Source: an uncultured Thalassospiraceae bacterium
GTDB lineage: Bacteria; Pseudomonadota; Alphaproteobacteria; Rhodospirillales; Casp-alpha2
DNA length: 64,000 nucleotides
Direction: 5' to 3'
NCBI GenBank assembly: GCA_964344215.1
Contig: CAYFMP010000010.1
Location: 7,446 to 71,445 of the forward strand
Part shown: in pieces, positions 61,780 to 64,000 of the stretch
Numbering within the stretch: position 1 is the stretch's first letter
Layout: every line of letters begins with the position of its first letter
The notes under the pieces: generated by a model
Database searches by the model: none
Told to the model about the DNA's origin: nothing
Seen by the model: only the letters and a program-made list of their open reading frames with translations
Position numbers and translations under genes: made by a program

Positions 61780-63618
61780 ATGGAAAAGATCCTGTGCATC
61801 GAAGATCAAGCCGAACTTCGCGAGGATTTGGCTGAAGAACTGGTCTCCGCAGGCTACGAAGTCTACGAGGCCGGCGACGGCCGCGAGGGCCTGGAGGCGA
61901 TACGGCGGCACCAACCTGATCTGGTCCTTTGCGATGTCAATATGCCGGTGATGAACGGCCGGGAACTTCTCAAGCAAGTGCGGGAAAACCACCAGGACTT
62001 CTCGAACATGCCATTCATTTTCCTGACGGCGCTCGGCACTCGATTGGACGTGATCGAGGGGAAGAACCTGGGGGCCGACGATTACCTTACAAAGCCCGTC
62101 GATTTCGATCTGCTGTTGGCGACCGTGCGCTCGCGCCTTCAGCAAATCAGCCGGATCGAGGAATCGAACCAGGAGGAACTGAGAAAGCGCGATAGTGAAA
62201 TCATGATGGCGCAGGCGACGATACGCCGGTACGCGTATTTTGATGCGCTGACGGGGCTCCCCAACCGCACGCAACTGTCAGCCTATCTGAAGAATGCGCT
62301 GGTCACGGCCGAGGCCAAGAACCTCAGCGCCGTGCTTGTTTTCATCGAACTAGAGCACTTCGGCTCGATCGGTGTTCGCCTCGGCCGTCCGGTGGCCGAC
62401 AAGGTACTGAAGACGATTGGCGATTGCCTGGCCGACGACCTGGACCGATTCGGTGAGTTGTTCGCCACCGACGAACACATGCCGTTCGTCGCCACCCTGG
62501 GGCCGGCGACCTTCGCCGTGCTGCTGCCGGGCGTGTCGGACACAACGGATATCTCCCGCTATATCGAACGCACCACGGCGTTGTTGGCGAAACCGATCGC
62601 GGTCGGCGGGACCGAGGTGTTCGTTTGTGCCAACATCGGGATTTCCCGCTATCCGGAACACGGAACCAACGAAATCGAACTGTTGCACGCGGCCGGCGTC
62701 GCGCTTCAGATCGCCAACGCCGAAGGCAACGGAGTAACCAGAACCTACGACCCGATCCTGAACGAGGAAATCCGATATCGGGCCGACCTCATGCAGGCCT
62801 TGCACAACGCGGTCAAAGATCGGGAGTTCGAGCTTCACTACCAACCCCAGGTCGATATCGGCTCCGGCCGTATCGTAGGCGTCGAGGCGCTCATGCGTTG
62901 GCGGAGGCCCGGCCACGGACTGGTTTACCCGGCCAGCTTCATCTCGGTGGCCGAGGCCACGGGTCTGATCGTATCGATGACGGAATGTGCGCTCGCGACC
63001 GCATGCCGGCAGGTTCTCGCTTGGCGCGAAACGGGGTGGCGCGATTTGCGGGTCGCCGTCAACCTGTCGCCGAAACACCTCAAGCAGCCCGATTTCGTGG
63101 ATACCATAACCCGAATCGTAGACGGGACGGGGCTCCCGTTCACGCAATTGGAACTCGAGATCACCGAGAGCGCAGTCGTCGACGAAGGAGGAACTGAACT
63201 GGAGGCCCTCCGCCGGCTCCACGATGCGGGGATCTCCCTCTCCATCGACGATTTCGGAACCGGGTACTCGTCGCTTTCGTACCTGAAGCGCTTTCCGTTC
63301 GACACCCTGAAGATCGACCAGTCGTTCGTTCGCGGTATCGGCACCGACCCACGAGACCAGGCGACCGTCGAGGCGATCATTCAGCTAGCCCGCTCGCACG
63401 ACCTGGGACTCATCGCCGAAGGGGTAGAGACTGAGGATCAGTTGGAGTGGCTGAGACAGCACGGTTGCGACCTGTTCCAGGGATTCCTGTTCAGCGAGCC
63501 CCTGCCTTCGGAAGATCTCCGTCGCTTCGTCGACGGACGCTCCGACGCCGCCATCCATACCCACAACGATCGCGAAACGATCGTTCCTCGTGACAGCCAC
63601 GAGCCTCTGCGCGCGTGA
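61780..63618 (+). CDS. REC - degenerate GGDEF - EAL protein (probable c-di-GMP phosphodiesterase; paralogue 3)
   Basis: 612 aa. Receiver ILCIEDQAELRED...LVLCDVNMPVMNG...PFIFLTA...DDYLTKPVDFDLLLATV. GPATF replaces GGDEF at 62500-62514. EAL core GVEALMRW, DDFGTGYSSLSYLKRFP, KIDQSFV, EGVE. Confidence 0.9.
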   Translation: MEKILCIEDQAELREDLAEELVSAGYEVYEAGDGREGLEAIRRHQPDLVLCDVNMPVMNGRELLKQVRENHQDFSNMPFIFLTALGTRLDVIEGKNLGADDYLTKPVDFDLLLATVRSRLQQISRIEESNQEELRKRDSEIMMAQATIRRYAYFDALTGLPNRTQLSAYLKNALVTAEAKNLSAVLVFIELEHFGSIGVRLGRPVADKVLKTIGDCLADDLDRFGELFATDEHMPFVATLGPATFAVLLPGVSDTTDISRYIERTTALLAKPIAVGGTEVFVCANIGISRYPEHGTNEIELLHAAGVALQIANAEGNGVTRTYDPILNEEIRYRADLMQALHNAVKDREFELHYQPQVDIGSGRIVGVEALMRWRRPGHGLVYPASFISVAEATGLIVSMTECALATACRQVLAWRETGWRDLRVAVNLSPKHLKQPDFVDTITRIVDGTGLPFTQLELEITESAVVDEGGTELEALRRLHDAGISLSIDDFGTGYSSLSYLKRFPFDTLKIDQSFVRGIGTDPRDQATVEAIIQLARSHDLGLIAEGVETEDQLEWLRQHGCDLFQGFLFSEPLPSEDLRRFVDGRSDAAIHTHNDRETIVPRDSHEPLRA

Positions 63619-63643
63619 GTTCAATTGTAGAGGTAGCAAGATT

Positions 63644-64000
63644 ATGAAGACGGTTCTTTGCATCGAAGACGAGCCCGATATCCGTGAAACGATCGTCGAG
63701 GAACTTGAGGACTGCGGATTTCGGGCAATCGAGGCCGGCAACGGTGAGGAAGGGCTTGAAATGCTCTTTCGGTACGAACCGGATCTCGTGCTCTGCGACA
63801 TCAACATGCCGGTCCTGGACGGGAATGAGCTCCTTACCGTCCTCAGGAGAGACCATCCGGAACTCGCGGAGATCCCGTTCATTTTCCTTTCGGCAAACGC
63901 CGATCGAAGTCACATCATTGCCGGCAAGGAATTGGGCGCCGACGACTATTTGACGAAGCCGATCGATTTCGATGTTCTGAACGCTACCGTCAAATCGCGG
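63644..64000 (+). CDS. Response regulator (paralogue 4), partial; runs off the right edge
   Basis: ATG at 63644. MKTVLCIEDEPDIRETIVEEL...LVLCDINMPVLDG...PFIFLSA...DDYLTKPIDFDVL. 119 codons visible with no stop. Confidence 0.85.
   Translation, partial: MKTVLCIEDEPDIRETIVEELEDCGFRAIEAGNGEEGLEMLFRYEPDLVLCDINMPVLDGNELLTVLRRDHPELAEIPFIFLSANADRSHIIAGKELGADDYLTKPIDFDVLNATVKSR

Noticed and set aside
1-64000. Window-wide look for CRISPR arrays, rRNA and tRNA genes, prophage or integrase genes, toxin-antitoxin pairs and classic defence genes (nucleases, helicases, methyltransferases).
   Set aside because: I found no regularly spaced direct repeats and no conserved rRNA or tRNA sequence blocks. I found no such protein motifs in any ORF. 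This is an eye scan only, so tRNAscan-SE, Infernal, CRISPR-finder and a defence-system HMM scan should be run to confirm.

Overview
High-GC bacterial chromosomal segment: about 65 % GC in the left 39 kb and about 50-60 % to the right, from hand counts on 60-nt samples. The gene content (DUF1491, NnrU, CckA-type H-box kinases, Sel1 and PG-binding envelope proteins) looks alphaproteobacterial, which is an inference. I support about 50 protein-coding genes. I saw no rRNA, tRNA or CRISPR array by eye. All family calls come from reading motifs in the supplied translations; no HMM or BLAST search was run.

Layout:
- 0-32 kb: mixed metabolism and envelope genes. These are a LysR regulator divergent from ugpBAEC plus a secreted GDPD phosphodiesterase; a Sel1/proline-repeat protein; parvulin; DUF1491; HIT; a TPP enzyme; an NTF2-like protein; diaminopropionate ammonia-lyase; a GT2 + GT-C + PG-binding-protein trio; a nitrilase-family hydrolase; a HAD hydrolase flanked by a duplicated gene end; a carbamoylase translationally coupled to an MttB-family methyltransferase; NnrU; a radical SAM/SPASM enzyme; a CHASE2 adenylate/guanylate cyclase module; SDR-DoxX + DUF2269; and DUF350 + a trypsin-like protease.
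- 32.8-42.4 kb: a minus-strand three-gene envelope locus. It encodes a secreted transglutaminase-fold protein with Ser at the nucleophile position, a 1,882-aa protein (5 discoidin-like modules, a PPC-like module, 2 vWA domains, a coiled coil, a surface-antigen-like end), and a TPR-like partner. I do not recognise this combination as a described system, and it is my top candidate for novelty. The transglutaminase-fold gene is compositionally mosaic.
- 42.6-47.7 kb: a decayed lower-GC stretch with an IS630 transposase remnant, a hybrid kinase, a receiver-domain pseudogene with two in-frame stops, and a histidine phosphatase.
- 47.7-64 kb: a very dense two-component block. It holds four translationally coupled kinase/receiver genes that include recent paralogues, an OmpR regulator divergent from a CHASE kinase, and a tandem array of four paralogous receiver proteins with diversified outputs.

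A short CRP/FNR-box-driven, terminator-ended candidate sRNA or leader lies at 10.75-10.85 kb.
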